From a virus: a stretch of 64,000 nucleotides of DNA. The notes below the pieces were generated by a model. That model was not told where the DNA came from. It made no database searches and worked only from the letters and a program-made list of their open reading frames with translations. Shown here piece by piece: positions 53,665 to 64,000 of this stretch. The stretch is from positions 1-64,000 of the IMG/VR virus record IMGVR_UViG_3300030047_000014, one strand, 5' to 3'. A program made the translations under genes and the position numbers. Position 1 is the first letter of the stretch. Every line of letters begins with the position of its first letter.

Positions 53665-55221
53665 ATGGCACAACTTCAAACACTCCCAGGAGCTTCTGGG
53701 TTTATGTATGCTAGAGTAGCTTCTATGGACAAACGTGCTGTAGGGAAGCTAACTGACTCGAATCACTTAGAATCATTCCATTCTAGTGAACCTGCAGACT
53801 ATGATAAAAAAATCATAAGTCTCTATACTCAAAGTTCATTGTACAGTAATGACTTTCTGGACATGATCAATAAGAGTACTCCTTACTATATTGATAATAA
53901 TAGTGATTCTTGGAAATGGGAAATTTCTGTTCCTTACAAGTTCCCTAAGATTATTGATATTCCTACAACGACTTCTAACTTAAGTAAGCCTGGTATTGAT
54001 GGACAGGAATTTCAACTTATTTTGGATACTAATGAATTCTCCAAGAACTCTATTGTATCTGTTGGTTCTCGTCAGTATGGTCCTCGCTTTTATGTTATTA
54101 AAGATCCACAGCCTTGGAGTGTAGGCTATCTTTATAGCTTCACACTTGTTACTGATAATCCTATCATAGATTTCGTTAGTTCTACCTTCCTTAAAGTTGG
54201 TTTGGAACTTGAATTGATTGATGGTGCTATTGGTGAATTTGATCAGGATTTGTTAGGTCTTCCTCGTTTGGGTGAAAAGATCCAGATGTTTGAAAGTCTT
54301 GGTTCTGGTTATGGATTTGAACACAAAATTACAGAATGGGCTGATCAGCGAATGATGGTTGATGCTGCAGGTCGTCCTCTGGATATTTTGGTATATGCTC
54401 CTCAGAAACGTAATACATCACCTCTTACTCGTAATGATGTTAAGTGGGAACCATTTATTGAATTCTGGATGCGTAAATCAATGTTGGAACTAAAGGTTAA
54501 CAAGATGATCTGGGGTAAACCAGGAACAGTTAAGACCAATGGTTCTAGACAAGAAGTAAAACGTACCTCTGCAGGTGTTTATCATCGTATGAGAAACAAT
54601 GGTAATCTTGTTCAATACAATCGTGGTGAATTCTCTGCAAATCTTATTCGTTCGGTATTTGGAGATCTTTTCTACAGGCGTGTAGATGTGGCTGACCGTC
54701 ATGTCAAAATGTATACCAATGAATCAGGGTTTGATGTATTCCAACAGGCTCTTAAGAATGATGCTCTTAATTCAGGTTTGACCTTTATGGCAGATTCTGG
54801 TAATCGCTTCATGCAGGGTGAAGGTCAGCATATCACATATAACTTTGCATTTGATGCAATGGTTACACGTGAAACAGGTAGGGTGGAATTGATTCATCTT
54901 AAGGAACTTGATCTTCCTCAGTCTAATCTTGAGTTTGGACAGAATAAAAAATCTACTCCTGTCTTTATGGTATTTGATGTTAGTCCAATGAGTGATGGTT
55001 CTATGGTTAACAACATGCGTGAGGTCAGAATGAAAGGTGCTCCTTCTATGACTTGGGGTTATATTGATGGTACTGCTCACCACTTAGGTTTTGCTAAATC
55101 TCAGGGTATGAGTTCTGCTAACAAGTTCCCAGGTTATGAAATCTGGATGAAAGACCGTTGTGATTTGTTCATTGAAGATTTGTCTCGTACAGTCTTAATT
55201 GAAGAGATTCCTCAGTTCTAG
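53665..55221 (+). CDS. Major capsid protein
   Basis: 518 aa, synteny, highly biased codon usage (CGT/GGT), followed by a terminator. Confidence 0.85.
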   Translation: MAQLQTLPGASGFMYARVASMDKRAVGKLTDSNHLESFHSSEPADYDKKIISLYTQSSLYSNDFLDMINKSTPYYIDNNSDSWKWEISVPYKFPKIIDIPTTTSNLSKPGIDGQEFQLILDTNEFSKNSIVSVGSRQYGPRFYVIKDPQPWSVGYLYSFTLVTDNPIIDFVSSTFLKVGLELELIDGAIGEFDQDLLGLPRLGEKIQMFESLGSGYGFEHKITEWADQRMMVDAAGRPLDILVYAPQKRNTSPLTRNDVKWEPFIEFWMRKSMLELKVNKMIWGKPGTVKTNGSRQEVKRTSAGVYHRMRNNGNLVQYNRGEFSANLIRSVFGDLFYRRVDVADRHVKMYTNESGFDVFQQALKNDALNSGLTFMADSGNRFMQGEGQHITYNFAFDAMVTRETGRVELIHLKELDLPQSNLEFGQNKKSTPVFMVFDVSPMSDGSMVNNMREVRMKGAPSMTWGYIDGTAHHLGFAKSQGMSSANKFPGYEIWMKDRCDLFIEDLSRTVLIEEIPQF

Positions 55222-55233
55222 AATATAAATTTA

Positions 55234-55265
55234 AAGAATACTCCTCAGATGTGGGGAGTATTCTT
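55234..55265 (+). terminator. Terminator-like hairpin after MCP
   Basis: AAGAATACTCC...GGAGTATTCTT. Confidence 0.7.
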
Positions 55266-55358
55266 ATAGATTAAGAATAGGAATTAGTAAAGTTTATTAA
55301 TTGCCAGAGTTTCGATACTCATATTCTACAATAGTAAACCAATATAAATAACTACATT

Positions 55359-56327
55359 ATGGGTAACATTGGAAAGATTGCAGTAATTAAAAGAGATTAT
55401 AGTGATTCTCAAATACAGACTATGCAAAGTGGTCTTGCACAAAGAGGTTTATCAAGGATTCCAGGAACAGGAGTATTTAAGTTCCCTTATAAGGAATTAG
55501 ATGGAAAATATAGGACAGGTCTTGATATAGAAGCAGCTTATATTAAAAGAATTCAGGATCCTCTTGAAAAAGAATTAGAGATTAAACGAATTACAGAATT
55601 GAAAGAAAGAATTCAAGCAGGTTTAGGTGATATTGATCTTAGTCCTCGTTCTCCTTTCTGGAATTATGCTTTATCAACATCTCAGGATGATCAAAGACAT
55701 GTCCAACCTGCTAAGTTATTTGATGGAGATAACACATTTGATCTGTCAGTACCATTTCAGGAATTAACTTTTTCTTGGCTTAGAGTTCATCCAACAATTG
55801 CTTCTAGTTATCAAGCATGGGAACATGGAGATTATCCTGCAGATACACAGTTTTATGTAGCAGATAGTGAGATTGAGAATGCTATTATTTTTAAGAAGAA
55901 ACAATTAATGAATAAGGCTATTTCTAAATTTGATGATATGACTCCTGATAGGAAACGTAAAGTTGCAAGACTATTAGGTTTACCTGTCACAGAAGATACT
56001 AAAGAAGAATTAGTTTATAATTTAGTTGATGATGTTCTTAAGGAAACTTCTTTTAAGACTGGAACATTCCAAGGTCTTTCAACTATTGATATTTTCAATA
56101 GATTTGCAGATATGAAAGAAAGCTTACTCCATATTAGGGATTTAATAAAACAAGCAATTACACACTCCATTTATAGAGTTAAACCAAATGGTAGAATCTA
56201 TGAAGGTGAGTATGAACTAGCAGTCGATGAGGATTCATTAGTAAGATTCCTCGCAGATGATGATCATCAGGAAGATTTGTTAACTTTAGAGGGAAAATTG
56301 AAATCTAAAAAACTAGCAGCAGTATGA
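55359..56327 (+). CDS. Virion-module protein of unknown function
   Basis: Position after MCP, as in crAss-like phages. Confidence 0.65.
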   Translation: MGNIGKIAVIKRDYSDSQIQTMQSGLAQRGLSRIPGTGVFKFPYKELDGKYRTGLDIEAAYIKRIQDPLEKELEIKRITELKERIQAGLGDIDLSPRSPFWNYALSTSQDDQRHVQPAKLFDGDNTFDLSVPFQELTFSWLRVHPTIASSYQAWEHGDYPADTQFYVADSEIENAIIFKKKQLMNKAISKFDDMTPDRKRKVARLLGLPVTEDTKEELVYNLVDDVLKETSFKTGTFQGLSTIDIFNRFADMKESLLHIRDLIKQAITHSIYRVKPNGRIYEGEYELAVDEDSLVRFLADDDHQEDLLTLEGKLKSKKLAAV

Positions 56328-57046
56328 TACCAGTAGATAGCTTATTATATAAAATAGACCAGAAGCTTAATAAGCTATCTACTAATTCACATCAGCAGAT
56401 ACAGCTTGAAGATAAGATTCTCGCTTTGAATGAAGCTCAAATTAAATTAATAAAACAGAAGATGGATGGAATATCCACTTCTGGTTTGGATTCTTCTAAG
56501 AAGAGATATGAGGATCTACAGAGATTAATAGAGAGTCATGAAGATCATAAGTTAGAATTAAAGGAGACTAATAAGGAACTAAATAAATGGACAGCTTCCA
56601 TAGAAGGAATAACTCCTACATATATGTTTTATGTAGATAGTTATATCCTGGCTGACAAAGGTAGATGTAAGAATAGAAAGATATGGATTAATAAAGATCT
56701 TACAGCACATGGAGATATTCAGATCCTGCTAAATAATGATCATTATAAACCTTCTTTTGAATATCAGGAGACTTTTAATTATATTTCTTCAGATGAAATA
56801 TCTATCTTTACAGATGGAACATTTACACCACTAAATTTATATTTATCCTATATAAGATATCCTAAGTATATTGATAAAGAGGGTTATATAAAATTAAATG
56901 GTGTTGCTTCTCTTAATCAGGATTGTGAACTAAAGAATTATTTGGAAGATGAATTAGTTGATCTTGCTGTTCAGAATATAGCAATGTATACTGAAAATTC
57001 TTCTGCAGTTCAAAATGCTAGATTAAGAATACTAACGAATGAATAA
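56324..57046 (+). CDS. Tail ring/head-tail adaptor protein
   Basis: LNEAQIKLIK, YLSYIRYP, DCEL...ELVDLAV. Confidence 0.7.
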   Translation: MIPVDSLLYKIDQKLNKLSTNSHQQIQLEDKILALNEAQIKLIKQKMDGISTSGLDSSKKRYEDLQRLIESHEDHKLELKETNKELNKWTASIEGITPTYMFYVDSYILADKGRCKNRKIWINKDLTAHGDIQILLNNDHYKPSFEYQETFNYISSDEISIFTDGTFTPLNLYLSYIRYPKYIDKEGYIKLNGVASLNQDCELKNYLEDELVDLAVQNIAMYTENSSAVQNARLRILTNE

Positions 57047-57077
57047 TTTTTATATATAAATTTAATAAATAAACAAA

Positions 57078-58217
57078 ATGGCTGATTACTCGTTGACTAC
57101 GCTATTTGTAGTTCCAGTAGGGCAAACCGCACTCCCTAGCTCTGGTTCTACACAAGATTTGGCTGCAGGCAATGTAGGTCTTTTTAGAAATGACTACAGT
57201 GTCGCTACTTCAGCAAATATTGCTGCTGCACCTTATTTCTATGTTGCTCAGGGAAGAGCTAATACTTACCTTCAAGGTAGTAAAAAATCTGACAAAATTA
57301 AGAGCACGAATGTTATTGATTGGTACAAAGTAAATGGTTGTGCTACTTCTCGTAACCAAATTATGGAAATAAGTGGTTGGAATGTAAAATGTGGTGAGGA
57401 TGTAACTTTAACTTTACGTGCTCATTCTAGTTACATTGGAACTCTTTATTACAATGGTTTAACTCGTTCTGTAACTGTAAAGGCTCCTTGTTGCGATTGT
57501 GCAGGTGATCCTTGTGTTAATGTTGATGTTCCTGCATTAATTGATGCTTTCATTGTTAAGCTTACTACTCAGGCTCCTGGTGCTAATCCAGATAATATCT
57601 TCCTGACTAAGTTCTTTAATTTTGAACGTATTGGTACTGGTACTACAGCTATTCTTCGTATTCATGGTAAGGCTTTAACATCTTATGGTGTTCCTTGTGA
57701 TGTCTCTGCATTCCCATACGAATATGATAGAATGTGGTTCAATACATTCGTATATTCAGGTCCTCCTACTACTGTTGACTTCATTGTAAATGATTCTTGC
57801 AATATTGTAGCAAGTTCTGCCACTACACAGACTTCTACCTATCCTGTAGGAACTTCTGCAGAAGTAAAACAGTTGGAGAAAAACTTCCACAGCTATCAAG
57901 CTGCTTATCTTAAACATCTGTATAAGTTAGCAGGTTACAATGGTAACTTTGAAAGCCAGGTAACTGATGGTACAGTGTATGACCTGTATTATATCAAATT
58001 TCTTGAATATGATAGGTCTGCTCATAATTGGGGAGATTATGTACCTATTGATAGTACTGTTGTTATTGCCGCCACTACTGGAGGTGCATATGCATCAGCT
58101 CTTGAAACTGCTTTAGTTGCTGCTCTTGGTGCAGTTGTTAGTAACAATACTTGTATTACTACTACGACAACCACTACTGTTGCTCCTACAACTACCACTA
58201 CTACTTCACACGCATAG
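57078..58217 (+). CDS. Abundant structural protein (auxiliary capsid/decoration-like) with poly-Thr tail
   Basis: Biased codon usage, own terminator, synteny. Confidence 0.6.
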   Translation: MADYSLTTLFVVPVGQTALPSSGSTQDLAAGNVGLFRNDYSVATSANIAAAPYFYVAQGRANTYLQGSKKSDKIKSTNVIDWYKVNGCATSRNQIMEISGWNVKCGEDVTLTLRAHSSYIGTLYYNGLTRSVTVKAPCCDCAGDPCVNVDVPALIDAFIVKLTTQAPGANPDNIFLTKFFNFERIGTGTTAILRIHGKALTSYGVPCDVSAFPYEYDRMWFNTFVYSGPPTTVDFIVNDSCNIVASSATTQTSTYPVGTSAEVKQLEKNFHSYQAAYLKHLYKLAGYNGNFESQVTDGTVYDLYYIKFLEYDRSAHNWGDYVPIDSTVVIAATTGGAYASALETALVAALGAVVSNNTCITTTTTTTVAPTTTTTTSHA

Positions 58218-58240
58218 TAGTAGGCATTGTAATATAAACC

Positions 58241-58274
58241 TATGCCAGAGGTGAGAGGATCATCCTCTGGCATA
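58241..58274 (+). terminator. Terminator hairpin
   Basis: TATGCCAGAGG...CCTCTGGCATA. Confidence 0.75.
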
Positions 58275-58288
58275 TTTATTTAAAATAT

Positions 58289-58870
58289 ATGACAGATCTA
58301 AAATTAGATATATTAGTAGTTCCTACATATAATACTAAGACTATGGGTATTGCAGATGCTTCTCGTTACCCTAATGATATGTCAGGTATTATGTCTCCGA
58401 CTATTGAAATAACAATTCCTGGTTTTGGTAGAAAGATATTTCCTTTTAGTATTGATAACTTCACTATCTATTCATCTAGTACACTAGAACTTACAGAAGT
58501 AGGTGATGAAGATGTACCATTACCTGATGGTGTTTACTTCTTAAAATATTCAATTGCTCCTGCTTACATTAACTATGTAGAGAAATCTATAATGAGAGTA
58601 GATGTACTTCAGGAGAAGTTTGATGAAGCTTTTATGCATTTAGATTTTATGGATAGTAATCGTTCTATCAAGATGCAAACTAAAGTAGATCTAGACACTG
58701 TATATTACTTTATCCAGGGAGCTATTGCTGCAGCAAATAATGGTGCAGTAGATGAAGCTAGTAAGCTTTATACACAAGCAGATAAGATGCTTACTAGTAT
58801 TATAGGTAACAATTGTGGATATTCTGAGAATAATTATATAACAAATTTTGGTATAAATGGCAACATGTGA
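58289..58870 (+). CDS. Putative tail/structural protein
   Basis: LPDGVYFLKYSIAP; synteny. Confidence 0.6.
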   Translation: MTDLKLDILVVPTYNTKTMGIADASRYPNDMSGIMSPTIEITIPGFGRKIFPFSIDNFTIYSSSTLELTEVGDEDVPLPDGVYFLKYSIAPAYINYVEKSIMRVDVLQEKFDEAFMHLDFMDSNRSIKMQTKVDLDTVYYFIQGAIAAANNGAVDEASKLYTQADKMLTSIIGNNCGYSENNYITNFGINGNM

Positions 58871-58944
58871 TGCAGGAATTTATAGAATAGTTAATATCAA
58901 GCTCACACTAAAAATTATCATTTTAAATTTAAAGAAAAATAAAT

Positions 58945-59043
58945 ATGAGTGCAACATGTAAAAAATGTGGAGCTAATGTTGGATGTGGCTGTCAATTAGT
59001 TAATGGTCTATGTCCTGCATGTGCTGCTTTAGAAAAGAAATAG
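58945..59043 (+). CDS. 32-aa Cys-rich peptide (below the ORF-track cutoff)
   Basis: MSATCKKCGANVGCGCQLVNGLCPACAALEKK*, with an A-rich leader. Confidence 0.65.
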   Translation: MSATCKKCGANVGCGCQLVNGLCPACAALEKK

Positions 59044-59060
59044 ATTTAAACTAAAAAGTC

Positions 59061-59327
59061 ATGATAACTCCAAGACTTATAAATGGTTCAGAACATATTG
59101 AGATTATAGATTTATTGAATGATATTGATTGTAAAATTGCTATATTAGCAAAAGATTTCTACAATAATATTATATTCGCTTTGAATAGACCTGTATCACG
59201 TAATACTATGCGTGATCTTCTTCATTATAAAAGGATTTTAATATACAAATCATGTAATCGTCATTATGCTAGTCACTATACAGTGAAAATGATTGCAAGT
59301 AAAGTTAAACTTTTAAAATTTAGATAA
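59061..59327 (+). CDS. Hypothetical structural-module protein
   Basis: ORF track. Confidence 0.65.
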   Translation: MITPRLINGSEHIEIIDLLNDIDCKIAILAKDFYNNIIFALNRPVSRNTMRDLLHYKRILIYKSCNRHYASHYTVKMIASKVKLLKFR

Positions 59328-59329
59328 TA

Positions 59330-60451
59330 ATGTCAGACTGCAATAATTGCTATAATGGATGTCCTGATATAAAATCAGATCAGTGTATTAGATACACAGG
59401 AATTGACATTCCTATTCTAGGGATAGAATCTGGTGACTCTCTCTCATATGTTGAGCAAACACTAATTCAGTATCTGCTGTCTACATTAGATGGAACAGGT
59501 ATAAAACCAGATATTGATCCTGCACAACTTGGAACATTAGTAACAAGTTTTTTACTTGAGTGTAAAGATGTGTCAATTGTAGATTTATCTATAGCATTAG
59601 CAAAAGCTATAGTAAGTCTTGAAACTGATATTGATGGTCTTACATCAACTGTAAATAGTATAAATGCTTCCTTTACTGTTTCATGCCTTTCAGATGTAAC
59701 TGCAGAGTCTCATATTCATGAGGTTGTACAGTCAATAATTAATTCTCTTTGTACACTTAAAACTAATTTAGAGAACCTGGCTCATGATGTTGATGTTAAC
59801 TACGTCAAACTTGATGAACTTAGCTCATTAATAGATGAACATATAGGCACTGGATCAACATTAATTAAGGATAAGATGGTTCCCTATGTTGCAGTAGAAT
59901 ACTATGGTCCACTTTCTAATTTTGATATATCAGGCGCAGGAACAGGAAATTGGATAGATATTTATCTATGTAATGGAAATCATAATACACCTGATAAAAG
60001 AGGAAGAATTCCAGTTGGTGCTACAACAGGTATGGGAGGTGGAACATTTGATACCACAACAGATCCTGCAGTAGCTGGAAACCCCACCTATGTTCTTCTA
60101 TCCAAAGGAGGAAGTAATAATATTACTCTTTCTGGCTCTCAATTACCTAGTCATACTCATTTAGCATCAGTAAAAGTAACTGAGGATGGTCACTACCATT
60201 ATAGTTTTAATACAAGTACATTAAATGGAACTAATCTTAGTGCTTCTAATTTCCCTTTAAAAGGTTTTTCAACTGGTGGTAATATGGGTTATGAAATAGT
60301 AGCAGATAATGCTACTCCTACTATTGGTAAAACTAATTCTACAGTTACAGGAGTTAAAGTAGCTGTAGACAATTCTACTGTAGGAGAGAATAAATCACAT
60401 TCAAATATTCCTCCTGTATTAGCTTGTTATTATATAATTTACATCCCTTAA
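59330..60451 (+). CDS. Tail fibre protein with collar-like domain
   Basis: LCNGNHNTPDKRGRIPVG, LPSHTH, HSNIPPVLACYYIIY. Confidence 0.8.
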   Translation: MSDCNNCYNGCPDIKSDQCIRYTGIDIPILGIESGDSLSYVEQTLIQYLLSTLDGTGIKPDIDPAQLGTLVTSFLLECKDVSIVDLSIALAKAIVSLETDIDGLTSTVNSINASFTVSCLSDVTAESHIHEVVQSIINSLCTLKTNLENLAHDVDVNYVKLDELSSLIDEHIGTGSTLIKDKMVPYVAVEYYGPLSNFDISGAGTGNWIDIYLCNGNHNTPDKRGRIPVGATTGMGGGTFDTTTDPAVAGNPTYVLLSKGGSNNITLSGSQLPSHTHLASVKVTEDGHYHYSFNTSTLNGTNLSASNFPLKGFSTGGNMGYEIVADNATPTIGKTNSTVTGVKVAVDNSTVGENKSHSNIPPVLACYYIIYIP

Positions 60452-61196
60452 AAATCATTGTTATGTCTGGATGCAATAGTGGAAGAAGTTATCAGAAAGT
60501 ACTAGGTTCTGCCATAAGTAAAAGAGGTGGATGTGGTTGTAATGAGGATCCATGTAAAGATACTTACCAGGGACCAAATCTACCCTGTACAGGCATAGAA
60601 ACTTACACTTCTATGGAGGTAGTTATTCAGATGATTGATCAGAAGATATGTGAATTAACTGAATTGTTAAACACAATAACAACTACATCAACAACAACAA
60701 CATTACCATTATGAGTGTTAAAATAACTCTTACAAATGTAGGTTCAAATATAAGTCCTACTTTAGATATTTACTCTAATGCAACAGGTACTTGGGTATTC
60801 TTTAAAAATGTATCTGTTACAGATTTACTTGGAGGATATGTATTTACTCCTCCTTTGAATGCAACTGGGTATCAAGTTAGAGATACAGGTGCGTGTGGAA
60901 CTATTCTTGAATTATATTGTGAATATATTACAACCACTACCACTTATAATCCTTCTTATACCACAACTACTACAACTACAGCAGCTCCTGTTTATTGGTA
61001 TATTCTTAGTAAATGTATTCCTAATGGAACTGATTATTATGCAGGACCATTTTATACTAACATGTACTCTATGGGGGATAGAGTAGAAGGTGCTACATCA
61101 ACCTATTATGTTGTAATTGGTTCTTATACAACAGAGCCTGTTAATAGGGAGAAATTATCTGGAATTACTGGAACAGGCTATAGAGGCTGTCCATAA
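60424..61196 (+). other. Two small Cys/Thr-rich structural CDS (60424-60714; 60711-61196)
   Basis: YQGPNLPCTGI echoes the fibre N-terminus; poly-Thr runs. Confidence 0.65.
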
Positions 61197-61241
61197 CTAA
61201 AATAATCTTGGTAATTTTGTTGGTTTTATTATCAGGATGAG

Positions 61242-61273
61242 GCTCTCAGTATTTATTACTGGGAGCTTTTTTT
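61242..61273 (+). terminator. Intrinsic terminator
   Basis: GCTCTCAGTA...TACTGGGAGC followed by a T-run. Confidence 0.75.
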
Positions 61274-61378
61274 AAATTATAACTTATTTAGTTATAGTAT
61301 ATAATCTAGATAATTAAAAAAGTTTTGAAAATATAAAAAGATGGTATATCTTTACCTGTAATTTAATTCTTCTTATTA

Positions 61379-62143
61379 ATGGCAACTCTCAGATATTTAG
61401 TTTCTTCTGTAAGATCAATGCATAAACTCTTATCCACAGATGCTACAATAACGGATAGAGTAATAGCTGCTGAAATTAAAAGTAATGCTCGTTTACTTAT
61501 AAAGAGAGATACAAATCTTAGGAAACTTTGGGCTACAGATACTATATTTACAACAATCCCTTGTTTAGAAATGGAAGAAGTTCCTATTACAGAATGTTGT
61601 GATTATATAGATACTTGTACAATAGCTAGGACTAAGTATAAACTCCCACGTATTTCTGAAGGTAATTATCAGTACATTATCCAAGGTGTCTATAGTATTA
61701 ATGCTATGGGTGGTAAAGGAAAGAAGATAAAAGAGATATCTATTAATAGGTATCTGAATCTTCTAAAACTTCCTATTATAAAGAAGGAAGCATACTTTTG
61801 GATATCTAATGATTACCTTTACGTAACTAATTCATCTATCCAGGCAATAAGAGTAGCAGCTCTATTTGAAGAGGATATTCCTAATTTTATAATGTATTCT
61901 CCATGTGCATGTAAGACTACCAAGGTTACAGATGAGGATTGGTGTAGGAATCCATTAGATAAGGAATTTGCTTTGCCAGGATACCTAGAGAAACAAGTAC
62001 TGGAATTGGCTTCACAAAAATTACTTAGTACCTATTTTAAAATTAAATCTGATAATACACAGAATAGTGTGGATGATCAGTCTGCTATCCAACCTTCCAG
62101 ATATTCACAACCTCAATCTTCAGGTAATGAGAGTCAAAGTTGA
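61379..62143 (+). CDS. Tail ring protein (crAss-like)
   Basis: RARLL-like and AALFEED motifs; synteny. Confidence 0.6.
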   Translation: MATLRYLVSSVRSMHKLLSTDATITDRVIAAEIKSNARLLIKRDTNLRKLWATDTIFTTIPCLEMEEVPITECCDYIDTCTIARTKYKLPRISEGNYQYIIQGVYSINAMGGKGKKIKEISINRYLNLLKLPIIKKEAYFWISNDYLYVTNSSIQAIRVAALFEEDIPNFIMYSPCACKTTKVTDEDWCRNPLDKEFALPGYLEKQVLELASQKLLSTYFKIKSDNTQNSVDDQSAIQPSRYSQPQSSGNESQS

Positions 62144-62609
62144 TTGGAGAAGTGCTAGTAAAGAAAACTACAAAGATTTCTGCCATAGATATAGTAGTAT
62201 AAATATATCCTTTGACACATGGCAAAACATACTATACTCTTATAATGATCAGTTTAAGGAGTATATTCTTGAAACAGGAGAAAAAGCAAAACTTCCATTA
62301 GGACTTGGAGAGTTTTCAATTAATAAGAAGAAGAGAAAAAGAATAAAGGTAGATGTCAGACACAACAGAGAATTTATTAATCTACCAATTGATTGGCAAA
62401 AAACTAAAGCAAAAGGAAAAATAATCTATAATTTTAATTTCCATACAGAAGGTTTCTCTTTTAACTGGATTTGGTTTAAATCAAGTGCAATGTTTAAGCA
62501 ATCTGATTTATGGAGATTTAAAGCAAGTAGAGTTACTTCCAGATTATTAACTCATTATCTTAAGTCTGATAATAAATATCAGCATCTATATAGAGAATGG
62601 CAACACTAA
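62127..62609 (+). CDS. IHF/HU-like virion-module protein
   Basis: ILETGEKAKLPLGLGEFSINK...IDWQKT; ATG at 62127. Confidence 0.6.
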   Translation: MRVKVDWRSASKENYKDFCHRYSSINISFDTWQNILYSYNDQFKEYILETGEKAKLPLGLGEFSINKKKRKRIKVDVRHNREFINLPIDWQKTKAKGKIIYNFNFHTEGFSFNWIWFKSSAMFKQSDLWRFKASRVTSRLLTHYLKSDNKYQHLYREWQH

Positions 62610-62627
62610 TTATATAAATTAATTGAG

Positions 62628-63572
62628 ATGTCTTACTATTACAAATATAATTTTACCAGTCCAGAACTGGTATACTCTGTAGTTAAGGAGGAACTTAAGA
62701 GTTACTTTGATACAGGTGCTGTAGATGATTTACTATTTCCTACCTATGTTGATAAATGTCTTCGTAAGTTAGGGAGATCTTCCTATGTAATTAGTGAAGA
62801 GATGATGACAATAGAAGATTTTGAATCAAGATTACCTGATAACTTCTATGCTGTTAGAGAAGCTTGGTTATGCTCTGAAGTAAAAGGACCTATTACACAA
62901 GTACCTAGTGCTTATTATTCCCAATCTGATACTCAGGATACAACATTAATTGGTCCAATAACTACGGACGAAGTTGAGGATGAACATTGTTGCCACCATC
63001 ATGATGATGAGGAATTACTTACCTACAAAACTAATTATCAGGAGTCAAAATCATACAAAAGACAATATCTTCTTAAACCAGGGAATATTTCTGCTAATAA
63101 GAATTGTGATGTGAATTACTCTAATGAATGGTCTTTCTTCTCTGAAAATCCTTCTGGTTATGCTCCTGGCAATGCTGATTATGATTCATTTGATATTAGA
63201 GATAATAAATTCATTACCAATTTTAGAACTGCAGTAGTTTATTTAGTATTCTATGCTACAGCATATGATGAATCAGAAAATCAATTAATACCTGATAATT
63301 ACCGTATTAGGGAATATATTGAGAGTTTTATAAAATATAAAGTATTTGAGACTTTGTATAATCAGGTTAATGATGAAACATATAATCAGATAGAAAAAAA
63401 GATGATGCTTTATAAACAAGCTTCAGATGAAGCATTTATACTTGCAGATATAGAGGTAAAGAAACAAACAGTATATCAGAAACAAAGAAGTATAAAGAAT
63501 AATCTGAATAGGTTTCAGATGTATGAGTTACCCACACGAATCAGTAGAAATAGTTTAAGCAGAAATAGATAA
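62628..63572 (+). CDS. Tail ring protein (crAss-like)
   Basis: LPDNFYAV, FITNFRTAVVYLVFY...LIPD; synteny. Confidence 0.6.
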   Translation: MSYYYKYNFTSPELVYSVVKEELKSYFDTGAVDDLLFPTYVDKCLRKLGRSSYVISEEMMTIEDFESRLPDNFYAVREAWLCSEVKGPITQVPSAYYSQSDTQDTTLIGPITTDEVEDEHCCHHHDDEELLTYKTNYQESKSYKRQYLLKPGNISANKNCDVNYSNEWSFFSENPSGYAPGNADYDSFDIRDNKFITNFRTAVVYLVFYATAYDESENQLIPDNYRIREYIESFIKYKVFETLYNQVNDETYNQIEKKMMLYKQASDEAFILADIEVKKQTVYQKQRSIKNNLNRFQMYELPTRISRNSLSRNR

Positions 63573-63574
63573 TT

Positions 63575-64000
63575 ATGGCTACTTCAGAACAAGATAGTAA
63601 TATCAAACAAGAGTTTAATACAGCTTCAGTTGGGTTAAACCAAGACCAATCTGCTAATCAGGTTAAAAAAGGTGCATTAACTTACGCCTTGAATGCTACT
63701 ATTGAGAACTTTGATGCTAATTCTGTGTCTTATCAGAATGAGGGAGGTAATGAATTCTGCCTTAATTTCCCTGCTGATTTTGTTCTTATAGGCAAACATT
63801 TCATTCCTGAGAGAAATAAACATATATTCATGTTAGTTAATCCTGAAACAGAAGAGAGTCAGATAGGATATATGGATAATACTGATTGTGTATATAGAAC
63901 TTATGCAACTGGTGGGTGTTTGAATTTTAATGTAAACTATCCTATTCACAAGATAGTTCATAAGATAACTAATTGCTCTACAGAGATTTACTGGGCAGAC
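63575..64000 (+). CDS. Tail stabilisation (muzzle) protein, N-terminal fragment cut by the window edge
   Basis: GLNQD...YALNA...QNEGGN...CLNF...IYWAD, open to the end of the window. Confidence 0.7.
   Translation, partial: MATSEQDSNIKQEFNTASVGLNQDQSANQVKKGALTYALNATIENFDANSVSYQNEGGNEFCLNFPADFVLIGKHFIPERNKHIFMLVNPETEESQIGYMDNTDCVYRTYATGGCLNFNVNYPIHKIVHKITNCSTEIYWAD

Noticed and set aside
1-64000. Stop-codon reassignment as seen in some crAss-like phages
   Set aside because: Long genes are intact in the standard code, and TAG and TGA both end genes (for example MCP ends in TAG).
1-64000. CRISPR array, canonical tRNA genes, diversity-generating retroelement
   Set aside because: I saw no regularly spaced repeats, no canonical cloverleaf and no reverse transcriptase by eye; short or degenerate cases could be missed.

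Overview
This window is an AT-rich segment of a crAss-like (Crassvirales-type) phage of a Bacteroidota host; the host call rests on TTTG-N19/20-TAnnTTTG promoters and a GEN...AA tmRNA tag. It has two divergent arms that meet at about 44.9 kb. The minus-strand arm (1-44.9 kb) encodes replication, recombination and accessory functions. These are RecA with a P-loop HNH intein, a PD-(D/E)XK nuclease, EndoVII, HNH nucleases, rIIB, rIIA split by a LAGLIDADG group I intron, UDG, DUF932, a DUF550/MazG-like protein, primase, an SSB-like protein, an AAA ATPase, SF2 and DnaB-like helicases and PolA, plus many small ORFs. The plus-strand arm (45-64 kb) is the virion module: TerL, portal, scaffold, MCP, ring proteins, fibre and the start of the muzzle protein. 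The most unusual locus is 41.0-43.4 kb. It holds a circularly permuted two-piece tmRNA gene whose 265-nt intervening segment contains further structured RNAs, one of them tRNA-like and ending in CCA. Next to it is a gene for a DIT1/PvcA isocyanide-synthase-like enzyme. All family calls come from motif recognition by eye; no database search was run.
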